Source of the DNA: a virus
Taxonomy: Duplodnaviria; Caudoviricetes
IMG/VR virus record: IMGVR_UViG_3300044676_004736
Span: 1-37,613 of that record
DNA: 37,613 nucleotides
Strand: one strand, 5' to 3'
Part shown: positions 36,033-37,613 of the stretch, piece by piece
Layout of the letters: each line of letters opens with the position of its first letter
Position numbering within the stretch: the first letter of the stretch is position 1
Translations under genes and position numbers: made by a program
Notes under the pieces: model-generated
What the model saw: only the letters and a program-made list of their open reading frames with translations
The model's database searches: none
What the model was told of the DNA's origin: nothing

Positions 36033-36120
36033 GATAGGTAAGCTAGGCAACATCACGTGGTATCGTTGCCCTGACTGTGGTATGAACAACACTAGACAGG
36101 TGTGTGACTTCTGTGCTTAA
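36025..36120 (+). CDS. 31-aa zinc-finger microprotein (not in ORF track)
   Basis: GAGGG SD; MIKIGKLGNITWYRCPDCGMNNTRQVCDFCA. Confidence 0.65.
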   Translation: MIKIGKLGNITWYRCPDCGMNNTRQVCDFCA

Positions 36121-36133
36121 AGTGGGACACATC

Positions 36134-36502
36134 ATGGTAAAGCGCATTATATTCTGGGTCGTAGTGGTTGTACTTCTGGGTACATTCACTGGGTGCAGCG
36201 CACCGACCAACGTACAGACAACGGTTCGACTCGCAAGAGTCATTGATGGTGACACCTTCGTGACACAACGGGGGGAGGTTATCCGATTGGCTGGTGTCGA
36301 CACACCGGAGCGGGAAGAACCTGATTATTTGCGAGCGACAATAGAATTGAGAGGCGAACTGTTACGGCAGGACATTACCCTTGACAGGCGTGGTGTTGGG
36401 AAGTATGGTAGGACAATAGCGTGTGTCTATGTTGGGCAGAAGTCCATCGATGAACACATGATCAGAGCGGGTTACCGCAGATGGGACGGAACGAAGTGCT
36501 AG
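36134..36502 (+). CDS. Thermonuclease (SNase) family lipoprotein
   Basis: Signal peptide with lipobox-like FTGC; RVIDGDTF, IRLAGVDTPE, KYGRTIA. Confidence 0.88.
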   Translation: MVKRIIFWVVVVVLLGTFTGCSAPTNVQTTVRLARVIDGDTFVTQRGEVIRLAGVDTPEREEPDYLRATIELRGELLRQDITLDRRGVGKYGRTIACVYVGQKSIDEHMIRAGYRRWDGTKC

Positions 36503-36550
36503 GCATTAAACCGAGTGAGGTACTAAAGGCAGCCGAGAAAGAGTTGGGGT

Positions 36551-36685
36551 ATGAATAGGTACATCGTAGAACATACTGATGGCACGACTACAACGACGTT
36601 CGCAGAGAGCGAGCAGCATGCACTAAAGATCGTGGGTACGAAGGTGCCTGTGAAGAAGGTGCGATTGGAGGGGGTAAACGTATGA
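36551..36685 (+). CDS. 44-aa early protein (not in ORF track)
   Basis: MNRYIVEHTDGTTTTTFAESEQHALKIV...; ATGA overlap with the next gene. Confidence 0.6.
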   Translation: MNRYIVEHTDGTTTTTFAESEQHALKIVGTKVPVKKVRLEGVNV

Positions 36686-37437
36686 GTACTACAGTAGTAG
36701 CCGGACAGACGATTGAAAAGAACCGCCGCAAGAACACGTTGGGTATTGATCAGTTGTCACTCCGACCAATGATTGCAGAGATTGAACGGTTCGGTAAGTG
36801 GTGGGTCAAAGAAGTAGCAATCGATGATTACACCAACCCTGTGGTATATACCATTCAGACACGAGCGAAGAAGTCCAACCTGTTGGGACACTTTCAACCA
36901 GCGTATGACTGGGAAAAGGGTGAAGATAGTCAGCGGTATGGTTGGTCTACTAAGGAAGGTGCAGCAGCACACGAGATCAACATAGTACCTGAGGCCATGC
37001 TGCGGGACGTGATTGAGGTGCTTGTTACAGTGGCGCATGAGCATGAACACATGTATAACTGGAACGCATCAGTCAAGGACGTAACGAAAAGCGGGCGACA
37101 CAACGAAGAGTTCAAAGAGGCGTGTGAACTGCATGGCCTTGTGGTTGAGAAGCACGAGAAGCCGAGTGTTGGTTGGACTACTGTTGGATTCACTGATGAA
37201 ATGCGTAAGCGTGTCGAGGATGAGTTCAAGCCTGACTATGAGGCATTCAATGTGTTCAAGGAAGCACTGCCTCCACCAAAGCCAGCCGCTCGTAAGAGTA
37301 CCGTGGCTTTCCATGTGCCTGATCGTAAGGACGTGCCGGTTATTCGACTGGCTAAAGGCAAGGCTGCTGATGTACAGGGGCATCTAACGTGGACAATCGG
37401 GGACGAGACTGTTAAGTTTGAGGTCAAGCCAGAATAG
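36682..37437 (+). CDS. SprT-like zinc metalloprotease
   Basis: HEINI...TVAHEHEHM (HExxH)...GRHNEEFKEACELHGL; GGAGG SD. Confidence 0.82.
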   Translation: MSTTVVAGQTIEKNRRKNTLGIDQLSLRPMIAEIERFGKWWVKEVAIDDYTNPVVYTIQTRAKKSNLLGHFQPAYDWEKGEDSQRYGWSTKEGAAAHEINIVPEAMLRDVIEVLVTVAHEHEHMYNWNASVKDVTKSGRHNEEFKEACELHGLVVEKHEKPSVGWTTVGFTDEMRKRVEDEFKPDYEAFNVFKEALPPPKPAARKSTVAFHVPDRKDVPVIRLAKGKAADVQGHLTWTIGDETVKFEVKPE

Positions 37438-37613
37438 CTTTTCAGTTCAAACTGTCCTAAATAATACAGAGTCTTTTTTTCCTAATAGAATTAATAGGAG
37501 AAAACAACAAGCGGTTTTTAGGTTTTGAACTTAAATGCCCTAGAGAAAAGAGCAAACATGACACGAACAGAGCGCAGACACTCACCAAAAACTAGAGAAA
37601 AACACTGGGATTC

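Larger units (their letters stand above)
1160..36276. repeat. Dispersed octamer CGGGGGGA, 28 copies
   Basis: Manual count: 18 on + and 10 on -, in both genes and intergenic DNA. Positions are listed in findings. Confidence 0.9.
1..37613. mobile_element. Partial genome of a tailed dsDNA phage (podovirus-like)
   Basis: Terminase, portal, scaffold, capsid, tail fibre and phage-type replication genes lie in dense co-oriented blocks. No host housekeeping genes or integrase seen. Confidence 0.96.

Noticed and set aside
1160-36276. G6/C6 runs as phase-variation or frameshift sites
   Set aside because: All host ORFs are intact, the runs are a fixed six long with fixed flanks, and they occur on both strands and between genes.
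1-37613. Stop-codon reassignment
   Set aside because: Genes are full length in code 11, and TAA, TAG and TGA all end real genes.

Overview
The window is most of a tailed dsDNA bacteriophage genome, podovirus-like because it has no tape-measure or tail-tube genes and carries large internal/ejection proteins. It has three blocks. (1) Plus strand, 1-7960: replication and nucleotide genes (HhH nuclease fragment, dNMP kinase, PolA fused to a degenerate UDG-like domain, metallophosphoesterase, RNase HI, class II RNR, dCMP deaminase). (2) Minus strand, 32046-8106: morphogenesis genes (terS, terL, portal, internal proteins including a 2042-aa protein, scaffold, major capsid, adaptor, nozzle, S74-chaperone tail fibre, Kelch-like adhesin, small basic proteins). 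(3) An AT-rich control region at about 32050-32700, followed by plus-strand small early genes, a lipoprotein nuclease and a SprT-like protease. No helicase/primase, integrase, endolysin, tRNA or CRISPR array was recognised. The most unusual signals are non-coding: a dispersed octamer CGGGGGGA (28 copies by manual count, about 1 expected), apparent total absence of CCWGG, a promoter-driven structured RNA of about 125 nt, four early promoters that have GTAAC-N6-GTAAY direct repeats instead of a -35, Rex/CRP-type palindromes, and a repeated 16-bp palindrome beside late-gene ribosome-binding sites. All counts are manual and all family calls come from motif recognition, not database searches.
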